A stretch of 64,000 nucleotides of DNA from Azolla caroliniana (Eukaryota; Plantae; Polypodiophyta), in contig JBHGNT010000003.1 in NCBI GenBank assembly GCA_043228905.1, forward strand, positions 23,746,001 through 23,810,000, given 5' to 3'. This document shows positions 12,321-27,050 of this stretch, in pieces. The translations under genes were made by a program, and so were the position numbers. The notes below the pieces were generated by a model. The model was given only the letters and a program-made list of their open reading frames with translations, was not told the origin of the DNA and searched no databases. Every line of letters starts with the position of its first letter. Within the stretch, counting starts at the first letter, position 1.

Positions 12321-15300
12321 TCAATGTTGTATGCCTCGCTCAAGAAACTGCGGTTGAGATGCAATTCGAGGCAAGTACACTAGGTCCACATATGAGCCAT
12401 GAGACACTAAGGATGACGGACCTGTTTCCAAGTTATGGCTTTCTAACGATGAATTCCAGTGACTATCACCTACATGAGAATATGCTTTTGGTTCTGCACT
12501 CGCTAAACATCCATGGTATCCATTGTTAAAGCACATAGGCTGTGCACATGAACGTGAGCCAACATTCCTGAGTGGCTCTCGGACCTCTTCTACATTTGCT
12601 CTTCCCAAAGAAAATGTATTATGAGGTGTGATTGGCTCACCTAGCAAGTGTAATGACAAAGCATTAAGAGCTTGCTTTTCGGAAACCTGGATCAATGGAG
12701 ATGCTACTCTCTCAATTTCCCATGCCATTGACCCTTCTCCTGAAAGTGCAGATGGGGTTGTCCATTTGTTCACCTGTATGTGGTGAACATCATTTCTTAC
12801 AGGTGGAATTTGTCTACTGTTTGGTTGAGCATTGCAAAGCACCACTGGATCGCTATGTGAATTCTCCTTCCTTGACACCTCCTCTGTCTCGCTACTACTG
12901 CTACATTCATTTGATCCCCTCGTATCAATCACTATAAAACATTGTTCAAATTTCATCAAAAGCGAGTGGAAGCCAATCTAACTCTGTTCCATTAAATTCA
13001 TATTTGCATGCAATGGAAACTCAGTGCTCATAACAGGCATGACTCCAATCATATATTCATAGGGACAGATCACCATCGGTACCCTTAACCCTCCCATTTC
13101 AGGGTAATATGTCTGCTCAAGAACTTTGTAAATATATCTATGTTAGATAGGATGTTTCTACTTTCTTTTGCTTGGTTCCCGAGGCCATATTAGGCTCATT
13201 AACCATACATGATGAGGAAAAGAGTAAACCATAAAACCCTATTACATACTAAAGATGCACATACATAGAATGAGGTTTTTTGAGTTAAATACATACCTGA
13301 GCTAGGGGATGCACTTGAAAATTGCAGCTGAAAGCTTCCTTGGTGCTGCGGAAATCCTGTCACTCCTCCAAGGTCATTTCGATTATGAAGAGTTTTTTGC
13401 AAGGACTCAGGTTTTAGTCCTTCTAATGTAAAACCATTTCTGATCTTCTCACCTATGTGATGATGAGTAATTTGTGGATCAATCTGCAGTCCTTGCACTG
13501 TAACATGACCCCGGATACTGTCAGCACTACATAAAGCACTGTGCTGAAGGTGATCATCACTTAACCCACTCATTGTTAAAGAGTGAAGGGAATGATGATC
13601 AGAGAGGACAGATTGATAGTTCCGCATATGGCGACCATCAATCTGCATGTTGCAGTTATCAAAAAAGCAAGAATCCACTATGATCCGATTTTGATCACAG
13701 AGTGCCTTCAGTCGCAAATCACATTGAAGAAGCTTTTCAAAATGGCGATTGAGGATACCAACTGGAAACTGTACTGAGTGATGCCTGAAATAGATCATTC
13801 AAAAGAAACAAAAACCCTCCTTGAGTACATATATAGAATTTTTTAACAGGAATTATACCTAAAATATAATTCCAAGCCATAAAATAAACCTGGATATGGT
13901 AGCCTGTCCATCTGTGAAATCTGATGTAGACTGCCATAATGTATGTTTTCTCGGTTGTGGATTTATTTCTCTAAAGAACAGGGGAGGTCTTGACAACTGC
14001 ATAGAGCAGAATGCATCACATAAGAGGCTCTTAGCATATGAACTACCAGAAATAGACATGAATATATCTTAGCATGCACAAACACACACACATGCATACA
14101 AGAAACACATATTACCTCAATGTCTAAAACAGCTGGTTGATCCTCTGGGAAACTGGCTCTTATTCCTGATATGTCTGACCACTGCACTTCCATCTTACTC
14201 TTGAGACTGCTTTCCAATACTTCCCAGACAAGCTTCCGTTTAGCATAGTAGCACTTGGCTACAAGATCTCCATCATAACGAGAGGCACACTGTAACAAAA
14301 AGAAAATTATTACTTCTTGTTACAAGAAGGTCATAAACCAAAGGAAAACCAAACCAGCAATTGTGTTATTTGAACATATAAACAACCTTGTCCATGACAT
14401 ATACTAAAACGCCTAATGTATCAAATGTTGCCACATCACCCATTCAGAATAAATAGCAAATTTGACGATGTTTTAGACTTGCTACAGAATATATTTTACA
14501 ATAAGACTCCACCAAAGAAGAAACTTGAATAATGGTCTAGAGTGCATAACAGAGAGAGAAGAGAGGAATAATAATTTGCAAGAGCTGCACTGTTATGGGG
14601 ATTAATGGACAATCACGATGCTGTAAACTTAATAAAGCTGTTCGTATTTAATACTATTTTGGATGTGGATATACATGAGAGAGAGAGAGAGCCAATGGGA
14701 CCACAGTTGATATGGTTGTGTCATTGTTTTGGAGACGGTGAACATTATGAGTTTGAAAAAACGATGTGGCAGATAATTTAGGAGAAATGATATATGATTT
14801 AAGAAAGATGTTTGAAAGGATTTGAAGCCACTAGCTTCTGTTGATAACCTACACGCTTACTACTAGGGTGAGCTTATTACAAAGAGAAAAGAGATGGAGA
14901 CATGATCCACTAATGTCCTAGGAACAAAACATTGGTCTTGTAGCATTTGTTGGTACCACCGGTATACCTCATCTTCATACAACCTCAACAATACTAGAAA
15001 AGCGATCTATCCCACTAAAAAGTAAAGGGTCACTGAAAATACTAAAATTAAAAAGAAAGTATTTTTTGTTACCTCCCACGTTCCAACCCGTAGCTTAATA
15101 GCTGGAAAGTTGGCAGCCTTAAGTTTGTCCTTGTCTGAGAATGCAGAATTTCCAAGCCTATTTACCTTTCCACGTTGATCACAACCATCCGAGGTCTCAT
15201 CATCATTTTGAGTAAGTTTCCTTTGTATAAGGTCTAGCAATGATGGGCTCTTTCTCAAAGTTAAACCGAGTGGACTTGGTCCATTCAGAAGATTGAGGTG

Positions 15301-16283
15301 ACTATTACTTTGCCCTCTTGTCATCATGGAGTACCCATCCTCATCACCTACATGATCAGAAGGATAATGTGGTTCAGCAAATGCTTGTTGGGCAGAAAAT
15401 AAAGCAGTGTTGTCCATTGCCTCTCTTCCTTGCGTTGAATGTATCTGTAGGATAAAACCAGGATGGTTGAGCACAAGAAGTTATGCCACGAAAGATTAAC
15501 AAAAAATGCACAGTATGAAATCAATGAAGACAGAGGATTATAAGTTACAATAGAACCAACTTCCAGCCTAGTAATTATAATGAATACATCAGTAATTTAC
15601 TCAATTCTAAATGTAACATATGCAATGAGGGCATTGTGAATCTAACTGCTTCCTAGTGTGAGGTCATTAGACCTAAATTTGTGAAACAGATTATCTATTT
15701 TCTCAGAACTATTCGTCAACCAGTAACTGAAGAAAACAGATTGTCCATATCTAACCTGTTACATTCTGAACAACAAGATCTGTTAAATTCTGGACCGAAA
15801 TGAAGACATATTATGATATCTAATCAGCCCAACCTAGACTGCGAGAAAACATAAGATTGCTGCATCCAGCTTGTTCCATTCTATGGTAAAAAGGAACTAT
15901 CTCTAACCTGCTACACACTAAACTAAAATGGAACATTTTGCCATATCTAGTTTGTTGCATTTTCTGGACCAAATAGATGACAAATTATGAGATCTAACCT
16001 GCACATTCTGGCTTTCATCGCAAAATTTTGTCCTTTTCAAGCATGGAAGATCATCATCAGGACAGAAACCTGAGCCATTCTCGATCTTCGGAACCTTGAT
16101 TTCACTTCCCATAGATGTTGAGGAAGAAGAAGAAACAGAGGAATGGATCATCTGAAGAGATGGCATAGCATTGAAATTCAAAGTCTTGTTGTTGTTACCA
16201 TCTGAGTTCCGATAATAACTAGGGTTGAATAGAGGAGGTTTTTCGAGATTGGGAGGAATCTTCATGTTACTGTATGATCCCAT
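12321..16283 (-). CDS. Plant-specific ASG1/At2g24100-like protein (TRF2/HOY1 PH-like domain family)
   Basis: Exons 15999-16283, 15073-15444, 14116-14289, 13890-13996, 13297-13784, 12321-12931, all GT-AG and in frame. Family motifs PSPLGLTLRKSPSLLDLIQ, KLKAANFPA, SRYDGDLVAKCYYAKRKLVWEVL, LFFREINPQPRKHTLWQSTSDFT, HFEKLLQCDLRL and SPSSVIDTR. The start codon may instead be 16265. Confidence 0.88.
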
Positions 16284-16877
16284 AATATAGAGGTTCACTC
16301 AGAGAAAACACGATTTTGTTATATAAAAGGTTGCTTGACTCAGATCTTGCCGCTAAATTAATGAGAGATCATGAAGACGCATGCGTGGAATATAAATGTA
16401 GTGCCAAGATCCTGCAGAAACAGAAACAGAGAACTCTTTCAAAAACCCTAACTTTTCTTGGCAGAGAAAAAGGAAAAAAGAGGGGAGGGCTCTCTCTCAC
16501 ACACAAACCCTAACCAAGAGGTGAGAGAGCAACAACGCATACAACAAGAGAAGAAGAAGAAGAAGAAGAAGAAGAAGAAGAAGAAAAGACCTTAACACCG
16601 CAGTAGAGTAAAATTATAGATGTTCCTGCCCTTTCGTCGCGTGTTTCGTTTCTGTGTATCTATCAAACTGACTTCCTGTCTTTAGGTCTCTGTATGTGAT
16701 ACAGGGAGGGTGACCTAGAAAATTTGGTCTACAGAGAGTTGTTCTGTTCTGTTCTGCTTTGTTCTGTTCTGTTCTGTTCTGTTCTGCGTGTATAATTTGG
16801 AAAAGTAAGAGGAGAGAGAGAGAGAGAGAGAGAGAAGCTCTTTCGGATATTATTGCATGTGTTTCCACCTTAGATCA

Positions 16878-16939
16878 TGACGTGGACGCTGACGTGGAGG
16901 CGGCCACCCTCTGCTTACACGAAGTCCAAATCCACGTCA
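16878..16939. promoter_or_regulatory. Cluster of three TGACGTGG/CCACGTCA bZIP-type boxes upstream of the ASG1-like gene
   Basis: TGACGTGG at 16878 and 16890, CCACGTCA at 16932. The same octamer lies at 5987 upstream of BRWD. Confidence 0.45.
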
Positions 16940-19329
16940 GACGCCGTCAATCATCATCCCCCTCTCCTCTGGCGGCCCCCCCCACCCACCCAAAAATGCC
17001 CCTCCCCCAACATGGAGAGACACACCCCACACAGAGAGACAGAGACAGGCAGAACCAGATCTCTTCTTCCGGCCATTCCCGCCCATCCATCCATCCTTGT
17101 GTGGCACAATGGACGGACGCCATGTTCATTTCTACACATGGTACCCTCACCTCTCTGTGGACGTGTCTATGTATGTATATATGTATGTGTGTGTGTGTGT
17201 GTGGAAGTGTCTATGTATGTATATATGTATGTATGTGTGTGTGTATGGATGGATGGATGCACTCACTTTCTGGCATGTTAATGCATGTGCCCCCCCCCCC
17301 CCCCCCCACTGTGCACACTTATATAAAGAGATGGAAGGGGTGCATGTCGGATCATTGATTGATTAGATCAGAAAATCGGATAATTAATCCAATCAAACAA
17401 GTCTGCTCATCTACTAAGTGTCTTGTCTTTCGACGTTGAAGTCACGAGTCGCGCAGGTCCAAAATCTTCCCTAAGTAATCCTTCACGCAGTCGAGCTGCG
17501 TGGTCACATGACTCCAAGTCCGATTGGAGATCTACCCATTATCACACACAAAAAATGGTGGTGTAACACCTACCTACCCCCCCATCGGCACGAATGATTA
17601 TGTGGATGCCCGCTTGGAAGCCATGCCACGCCACCTCCCTATGCATTTGCCCATTGCCCCATATGCCCTTTGTGCATCATCGCCATCAGAGTTGTCAAGT
17701 GTCCATCGATCAATCATCCCACATGTGATTGATTGTGCATGTTTGTACACACATGTGATGCTGCACATGCCCATGTTTAGAAATAAAACTCTCACCTGAC
17801 TTGTTTATGCCTATTAAAGAACTTTTTAACTCTAGTTCACGTAAAACTATATGAGGCATACAAAATAACTAATATACGAAACAGAAACGACCGATGGAAA
17901 TACGTAAGTTTCTTACTCATGTAGATAATCTAGGTCATGCCAATCTGTTTCTCATACAAGCATCAAGACTTACACATCATACTAGGTTCACAAACAATAT
18001 ATAATTACCGAATATACAATTGGTGCTAAAACAAAAAAAAGTAGATTGCAACAACGATTTGTTTTTAGCTCAACTTAGATTCCATTACCCTCACTTTATC
18101 GTGCATGTTGATACAATTTCTAGACCTTTTGATGGTGCATTACATGATCTTTCTTAATGCCTAACTTGGCCCGAGACAATATTCTTGACTTGATTTACTT
18201 GCCTCTTTCAGTCATGATTATTTTCCCCAATGGCTTGCACTTCAATTGTCGATTGACCGACGCATTTGAGCAAGTTTTGATGCAATCTCCAAATGCATAG
18301 ACGATGTATTGTGGTGAAATTTGATCTAGTGCATTAAATAGGATTCACATACATTACTAGACCATATATTTTATCATGTTTGGTTGATTGATTTACGTCA
18401 CTCGTCCATACATTGCCACCACTCAATCTCAAGAAGGCTTCTTTGGGATGATCAACTTATATTGGTCAACCATATGTTTGTCTCGTGTTGGGTTGCTCCA
18501 TTGTCACCTCCCGCAACTTTGTATCTTAGGTCAATCAACTCCTCGTTGTACAAATTTTCCAATGCTTTCAAAGGAAAGTGTTGGTTATCATGTGTTTGGG
18601 CCATTTATAAGTGACGTGGACATGATATTGCACATAATGTGGTACCAAACTTTTGCAATGTGTGATCCAAGGATATGTATATAATATCAATATCCCCTCT
18701 AAATAACATGAGTTATATGGTTTATGGTGTTTGATGTGTTTACAAGCAAAGTCAAACCTTTTTGCCGCGTTTTGGTGTAGTTTAGGGCTACTTGTACAAG
18801 ATAATAAAAAACAAGTTGAGGAAATAATCATCAATACATGACTTTATGACAAAGGCTAGTATAAATATTTCACTACGAGTGTTTCCCATGGGCCACTTTT
18901 AAATTTGGAGGTTGGAATGATTCGAGCAAAGTTGAAACAACATAATTGTGTTAATCGTTATTATAACATATGCTCCATCCAAAGTCAAATTCAATTTCCC
19001 AACACAAGGTCCTTACAAATTGGTGTGAATGAGTCAGAACACATATACAAGACAATCCGCCACATCTCATTGTTAAGAAGTCAAAAGAAATCATATCGTG
19101 TTAAATGTCTTTCATGAGCAATGCATGCCAACACCATTTAATGTACTCAACGACAATACATTAACCATTCTTTGGATTTTGTCTTATATGAAGTTAGGGC
19201 ATACATCAATTATTCTCAATGCGATTCTGAATGAACTTCTAGCTTTCACTTTATTTTATAACAACAATGTTATGGGATGAACACCCTCTTTGTGATTACA
19301 AGCCACATAATTAAGCACATCAATTAAAT

Positions 19330-19830
19330 TTGTCGAGCTATCTATGAACTCTATTAAATTAGTGTATACACAAATAGATTCATATTCTTGTACACTATTA
19401 ATTCTATCATTTCAATTTTCGGCCAATTTAGTTTTGCAAATGTAATGCTTTTTGGCATATCGAGTGTCTTTGGCAAATAAGCACCAACATTTTAAGCTCT
19501 TTAAGCATAGTGATGTAAATAGAGCAATGACTTATTGAGGGTTTTGAAATCGTACATTAAAGAGTGTGGGTAGCAACATGACTTGCAAGTTACAACTTGC
19601 ACAATCTCTTTATTGACACATGTAATGCATCTAGCCCAAATTTATAGGGTTTGATAAAGTTGACAAAGCTATTACCCTCAAAATGGTCCCTAATTTTCAG
19701 TCCACAAAAATAATGCCACATGAGGCCAATCATGCAATGTTTGTCCCATCCCATCAAAGGTTTAATAGTTTCAATAAAGATGTCATAATCCTTGCAACAA
19801 TCCACGTGCTCACTTAGCCTCGTCATGAGT
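19330..19830 (-). mobile_element. Probable decayed hAT transposase fragment
   Basis: Translated fragments DCCKDYDIFIETIKPL..WDKHCMIGLMWH and ...ICVYTNL resemble the hAT FWxxxxxFxxxxxPL..DKPxMG and C-terminal LVYVHxNL motifs. The region has many stops. Confidence 0.4.
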
Positions 19831-19995
19831 AATTATTTTAGGATTTTTAACTGGGCAATTGCTGGTACATTTTGTTTGTTAGTCGACAAAGACAGTATGT
19901 TGTGCTCACTCATGACACCTATACACTCCAAATACAGAGAAGAGAGAATAACTTAATACCTTCATTTAAATACGTCTCCTAGTTATTTTTCTATC

Positions 19996-19998
<3 letters not shown>

Positions 19999-20066
<68 letters not shown>
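19999..20066. repeat. (CA)n microsatellite
   Basis: Perfect CA run. Confidence 0.95.
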
Positions 20067-20071
<5 letters not shown>

Positions 20072-23000
20072 AATGAAATGAATGACAAATATTAGCATGA
20101 ATTTTATGTATGAGGCGCTAATAGTACGTGCATTTCACACCACCCAAATTCTAGTTCACTCTGTACACAATGTTGTCTTTTTTATCTATTTGCATCACAT
20201 CAAATGTATGCCAATAGGTTGAATTATTCACATGATGATTTGTTTCACCTCGAGGTGAGATCCATGATTTGCCACCTCATATGTTTTTGCCAATTAACAC
20301 TATATTTCCGATATGATCAGATGCATGGAGTAACACTTGTAGACCTTGTCAATTATCCTTGTTACATACAATGGAAATATCATAAACATTGTCTTTTAAT
20401 ATTTTTTTTTATGATTGTATGCCCCACTTTTCAATAACCTTTCGCATTCATCAAAATGTGGGTGTAGAATATATTCAAACTTTTGGATCCACTTGCATCT
20501 CTCACATAATGAGATGTCAACCGCCCACTTGATCTATGATATTTCTTTGTTATCTTAGCTTCCCAAATGCTCCTTTGTGACCAATATGTACTATTACAAC
20601 TCAAATTGGGTGGTCTTTTTGCTTGTCACTTTAGAAGATGACACAAGTTACAATGCAATCACGTTGTCAACCTAACACATCAATGACAAACAATAATAGA
20701 GAGTACACCGTTTCAAATGCAATTTACATTTCCTTTGCGGTTTTGAACTACAAATCATATTTAATAAACAAAATGTGGTCTTGTACCAAGAATCAAGAAC
20801 AACTTCCCTATCATGTTTTCTATAGTTAACATGTCTCTCGTACCTCCCAAAAGGCAACTTGTAATGTTTTTTAGTATTATCGAGAATGTATTACAATCAT
20901 CATCATTTTAATATGATCATTGGAATATACCAAATATATGGAATCCCATATTTTATGACTTCCATTTGCTAACGAGACATTATGTGCAAAAGCCAATGTG
21001 AAAGCATTGCTTCTAAGACAACAATGATTGATTATTGAATTTCTCAAAAAATATAAATAAGTAAAAATGATCATGAAGCAGTGAATCTTTTGTTTTGGAA
21101 TCTAAAGGTGCGGGGTAAGTCTCAAACCAAGAGCACATTATCATGTGAAATATACAAATTACTTATTGTGTTTGTTGTGGGAGGTCTTCATATTTTTAGT
21201 ACTAGATCATAAAAATGTTAACAATTCCTCTTATTGGGCTTTGTTCAACCCAAGGCGAGAGTGGAAAACAACAACATTGTTAAGAAATACATCATATAAG
21301 AGTAGTCTTTAAATGTCCCCACATATGGATTCATCGTGTTGATCTCTCATATTCAAATGTTTAAATGTGAGCTTTGTACTTCAAGACATTGAGGATGTGG
21401 ATTCAATCTCGAATAACCGCAAGGTCAGTCTCTCGTTTATTATTAAAATTGTTGGTGATGTTAGTTTTAGATCATGCACACTAACCTTTGTGCATTAAAA
21501 GTTGATGCACTTTAATGTTATGTTTATCATTTTTAATTGGACATCATGCACATTTACATATTGCTCTTAAAATATGAAATAATTACAAACGTTGACGTCA
21601 ACCATTTTTCTACAATAAATGGAGTGAACCCAATAATAATGCCCTTTAAAATGCAATCCTAGCTAATAATAGAGGATCCCATTGATTAAGTTTGAGAGCA
21701 ATGTATACACGCTTGTTATGGCCTTACAAATTCACCTTCCACTGACCATTGTAGAAAATGATAACATTGCTATTAATAAGATGAAAACAATGTGCTCCAC
21801 AAGTAATATCATCAATAATTCCCCTTGTTACCTCATATAAATCAATAATTCTCATTTGATTCATCCACAACGATGGGATGGTGGGTTATAATTAGATATT
21901 CTCCTCATAACCTCGTTGTAGAATAAGACAATATCAATATAGCTTTTGTTTTGTCGATCATATATGTCAAAAGTGCCTAGTATGCCAATAGAAAATGACA
22001 TAAGAGAATGCAAACAAAAAGTTTCTTCCTCTTCTATCAAACAGAGTTCTTATGGAATTTGGTGTTTTATACCTAGATATTTGATTTCATATAATACCAA
22101 CATTAGTCTAAGGCTACCTACTTAGTGCAAACTTACAAACATCTTAAACAAGTTACTTACGCAAGAATATTGAAATAGATCAAACATAACTAGAGGTTTA
22201 TTGTTTAACTTAGGGGGGTGCCATGGTCTTGTTTTACCCTTTCAAAACTACATTTAACATATAAAATCACACACAGTTAACAAGGGGCTTTGTTCAACCA
22301 AGGTGATCAAAGTAATCAAAATATGCATTTATTTTGCATAAGTAGGGTTTAGGGTTCTAATGCACTTCAAGCATTCTCTTTAAATAGACACTATCAAGGC
22401 ATCTTTATGCTTAATGTCAATCCACCGAATACGAAGACATGGGGGGGCTCTAACATGTCATTAATGACATAGACATATAACATGTTCGGTCCATGTTTTT
22501 ATGAAATTATGTGTGCGTGCATGTGTTTCATAAACGTTACTGTACATCTTCTTGTCTTCTTGTAAGATTATGAATTCTTTGCTGAAAACGGATATTTTTT
22601 CTTTGTTTCTATTATTAAAATTGTGTCTGTAAGAGAAAGTCATTGAATGTTTCTCAACCATGAAATAACTTGGAATTATTGAACATTCCATCACCATAAC
22701 AAGTATATGAACTATTTACTAGACTCCATATGTTCAAGAGATTTTGATGTGAGAATAATTTATTTTTGGTGTCAAAATGTAGCAATAATGAAACCTAGAA
22801 CAATTTATATTGTTGGTGTCACAATATATTAGCAATGAAAGTTGAAAGGTGTTGACATATGTAGGATTTAGATGCTACCAATCGAAGTAAGATTGTAGGA
22901 TTTATATGTAAGGATTTAGATGATGAAACTGCTACCAATACAAGTAAGTGAGATTATGTTTTGCAGTTATAAATTAAATGGAGTTTTTTATGTAGTAACA

Positions 23001-23865
23001 TTTTTGAGAATATTGCTCTCATAAAATGTATATACCACGAAAGTGGTGGGAATGATTATTAAAAGAAAACATATGCTTAATAATTTAGTATTATCATTAT
23101 TTAGGTATATTAGCCACAACTACATCAAATGAATGTGCGTCGAGATCCAAAACTCGTGATTTCATCACAATTTGGCGTAAATACACTAAATGATTACTGT
23201 ATGAAATTTGTGGGGCCAATGAAGAAAAGGAACATGTTTGGTGTTGATGCATCACTGTGGTCACAAAGAACTGCACAAAATGCCCACTAAGCTTTGACTT
23301 CTAGTTGTTGTACGAGAAAAGATATGGCCAAGTATAGGCATGCAACCATGTAAAGGCTAGACCTCAATACGTCGTTTACTAAGCCAATCACCTTCTAGGC
23401 ATTTGAACTTTGAACTTTGAACATTTACCATATCAAACCCTTGGAAATATGTGCATCTTATGATGATACTAAATACATGAAGGTCATACCTTGTGCCACG
23501 TGAGTGGGCACACAAAATTACTTAGAATTGACCTTACATTATTGAAATCCTCAGTAAGATAGGTGACTCCATTTATTATGATAGAAGAATTAACACCAAT
23601 GGCATTTTGAATCTAAATTTTGGATGGATCCACAAATCTTGCAAGTGTCAGTTAGCACAACCTAGGGTCATTTCATGGAAAACACCTCTAGAATCGTAGT
23701 AAAGTCCAACCAAAATAGGAATTTGGACTAAATGAAACAATAAACTAAAAAACTACAAGGCCTTGCATGAACAAATTTGGAATCAAAGAAGTCAACATAT
23801 GGGATGCAAGGAGACAAGCTAAGGATAACATGTGCTCCCAACAAAATACCTGCACCTTTAAATGC

Positions 23866-26800
23866 ATAAGAGATGTTTTCTTACAATATTGGGACATTAT
23901 AGTTGATAATTTAACTAGTGCTTTTCATAGGTCTGCCCTGGAGAGCATGGACTAATAAGAGATGTTTTCTTACAATATTGGGAAATTATAGCTGATGAGC
24001 CTAGATGGATGTAGCTCAGTTGGTAAGATTGCGCAATGGTGGTCATGGGTTCAACCCCTACATTCCACAGTGGCATCTAGTGAATTAAGAGTACATGAAG
24101 TATATAATAGAAAGGTGAGGAGATTGGGGTTCGAACCCACAACACAATGCTTGTAATGTTAACAACTTACCACTAGGGTAAGGTACTTATGAGAAATAAA
24201 ATGATTATAGCTGATGATTTTAATAGTGCTTTTCAAATAAATTTTTATTCTGGAGCTATGCCAAAGGAGGGGTTTATTTGTTTTATCCCTAAAGGGGATG
24301 GAGCTTCAAAGAACATTAGGGCATGATGGCCAATCACATTACTCAATACAAGTTATAAAATTTATGCAACTAAGGTATTGGCATTTCGTTTGCAACCTTT
24401 ATTGCGTGACATTATTCATACTTCTCAAATAGGTTTCATGCAAGGTAGGAGTATATTTGATAATATTTTTTTGTTTTGAGACTTGTTCGCCTCAGCTATG
24501 CCAATAAAGAGGACCTAGTAATTTTATTGTTAGATTTTGAAAAACCCTATGATAGAGTGAATTGGGAGTTTTTAGAAGAGTAGGGTTTCTAGAAGCTTGG
24601 ATTATTGTAGTAGCAACTTTGTATAGATTAGCTTATAGTTCTATCTTAGTAACAGGAGGTACAAGACAAAGATTTCAAATGTCACGATCAGTTCACCAAG
24701 GGTGTTCGTTAGCCCCTTTCTTATTTCTTATTGTTACAGAGGTATTCTCAACATATTTACATTCAACAGGTGTTGGGATCCGAGGGTTGGTCACACTGAT
24801 CTCTAATAAGATGATTTTAGATGTGGAGTTTGTAGATGATACTGCACTATACATGTGTGTTGAAGAAGGTAATTTGTGTAAAACACAGGTTGAAGTGGAA
24901 ATTTTTTGCGTCTCTGGTGCAAAAAATTAATTGGTGTAAATCAATGGTTTTTTGGGTTTCTATGCCGCTATTGCCATCATGGAGACCATCTGAGTCCTTT
25001 TGTTAGATTCAAGGAGTTTCAATTCGTTATATAGGTTGTTGGGTTGGTATAAACATGCATAAGGAGCGATTGTTAGCTCCTCTAATGTTATCACTTAGGA
25101 AAGAATGGTTGATTTGGGACACTATTCAGAGTTGTCTTTAGCAGGCAGAATAATGATAACTAATCAGGTTCTCCTTTCGTCTATGCGGTATATTGTATCT
25201 ACGTGTTTGTTCTCTAAATCCTGTTTGTTGTAGATTCAACGACTGGTTTGAAACTTTATTTGGATAGGAAGAAGTAATAATGATGACCGTGTGAAGGTAG
25301 CTTTGTTGACACTTACGACACAATTATTTGATGGTGGTTTAGGGTTGGTAGACCAAGACAGTCAATGTAAGGCTCTTCTGGCAAAATTTGTTGTTAGGGC
25401 TATGTTGCCTACTCAAGGTATATGGTATGAGTTGCTTTTAAACCGATTGGTTGATATTAAACCGTCGACTGGTGGGCGATTTTTGGAAATCATCTCTAAG
25501 ATGGGCATTCTTGTCAAAATTTAAGACGAGACAACTACATGGTTCGAAAGATGGTTTTATGGTTGGCATTCGTAAAGCGTGGGATGTTGTTAAGTTTTTT
25601 TATTTGTAGATGCCCATCTTCGAATGAAGAACTATTGGGTCAACCTTTGATTTGATTTTTGTTTTTTATGAGAGGGGTATATTACTTGGAAGTAGACCGC
25701 GGTTAGAGTGGGTTGTGTTGGATAACAATATAGCTGCCACGGTATCCTCTTAGGGAAATGATGTTTTTCATCTTAATAATTCTCAGCTTGATGGTACCTA
25801 GTGTAGGGGTTTTAGAGTTATGTTTGATGCAATTCAATTACCTTAGGGGATTTTCTCTCTCTAATTGGCCACCTTCTTTTGTGCATGTTTGGTTTGGATA
25901 CTTTACTCCGGTCAGTGTTATGATAGGAGTAAAAGGAACAACTCAAGGAGACTGTTACTATTTTGAATCTTGATGTATTTGAGGAAGGAAGATTACAACA
26001 AACTGATATGGAATCGTCGATTTGGCAAACGACATTGCAACATCCGATGAGAGTGATTAATAAATATGGTAAAAGGAGGATTTTAGATACTTCTCCTTTT
26101 GATAGTATGTTATTTTGCCAACTATGGATATTTAAAAAAAAGTATTTGGTGGAGCTGCATTGGGATCCATCAGATTATCTTTGGAAACATACAAATCCTT
26201 CATCTCAAACTAAATTTATTCAATTTTTTCCACATTATGTGAAGTTGGGACGAAAGTTGCTCATAAGTAAGAAGTTACATTCGCCATCCCCCATGAAAGT
26301 GTGGTTGGGAATGGGGCCTCTTTAATGGATGCATCTAAATATTGGAAGTAGTTATGGGGTATGTAGATTCCCAAGAATATTGTACTTTTTTGCTAGTTAT
26401 TGATCCATTATGAACTACCGGTTTGGGCCTTGTTACGACAACTAAATAGTATGTCGTGTGGATTTGGTTGTGGATGTATGATGGAATCAATTAAGCATGT
26501 ATTGTGGTTTTGTCCTAAAATTATGCAAGTATGGAAGAGAGTATTAAGGTTGCTAATATTAATACATCCTAATTGCGTGATCACTTGGGGTGTGACATTC
26601 TAGAGGGACAATTGTTATTATATGAAAAGGAGGATATAGTGGAGGCCTTTCACATAGTTCCTCCTCATATACAAATGGTTTAACCTGATAGTTTGCAATT
26701 TCGGGATGATATTATTTGGAAGATAATTTCATCTATTCTGATTTGGGTAATTTGGACGTACATTAGTTTTTGACAACGTCACTTGACATGATGTTTTTGT

Positions 26801-27050
26801 TATAATTGATGACTTCTGGTTGTTACTTATTCATACATTATGTGGTCAGTACGAAAGTTTTATAGGGAATGTTGATGTCATTTTCAGGAAGCAAATGCAT
26901 TTTAAAAGGTTATGGGATTCAATGCTCGTTTTTAGGGAAGATGGAGATAACATAATATGGATGTATACTGTTCCCGTCATTTTAGGAAACAATGTCTACT
27001 AACTTTATTTATGGATTCTGCTGCTACAAGTGTTGGTGGTATAGGTTACA
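23866..27050 (+). mobile_element. 5'-truncated, decayed L1-like LINE ORF2 (RT plus C-terminal zinc finger)
   Basis: RT motifs QYWDII, ICFIPKGDG, PITLLNTSYKI, QIGFMQGRSIFDNI, LLDFEKPYDRVNW, RSVHQGCSLAPFLF, EFVDDTALY and DGGLGL, then zf-RVT-like CGFGCG..ESIKHVLWFCP. Many stops and frameshifts. Confidence 0.92.
23999..24203 (+). mobile_element. 205-bp tRNA-derived SINE-like insertion with two oppositely oriented tRNA-like modules
   Basis: 14-bp TSD ATTATAGCTGATGA (23985-23998 and 24204-24217). The + module (24005-24068) has A box TAGCTCAGTTGG and B box GGTTCAACCC. The - module (~24117-24187) has CTAGTGGTAAG and GGTTCGAACCC. The 3' end is A-rich. Confidence 0.75.

Noticed and set aside
12932-13115. 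Alternative acceptors (13113 and ~12978) for the last ASG1-like exon
   Set aside because: Both lead to stops within a few codons. The acceptor at 12932 restores the conserved SPSSVIDTR.
24005-24187. Functional tRNA genes
   Set aside because: The anticodon and D arms are degenerate, and both modules lie inside a TSD-flanked insertion.
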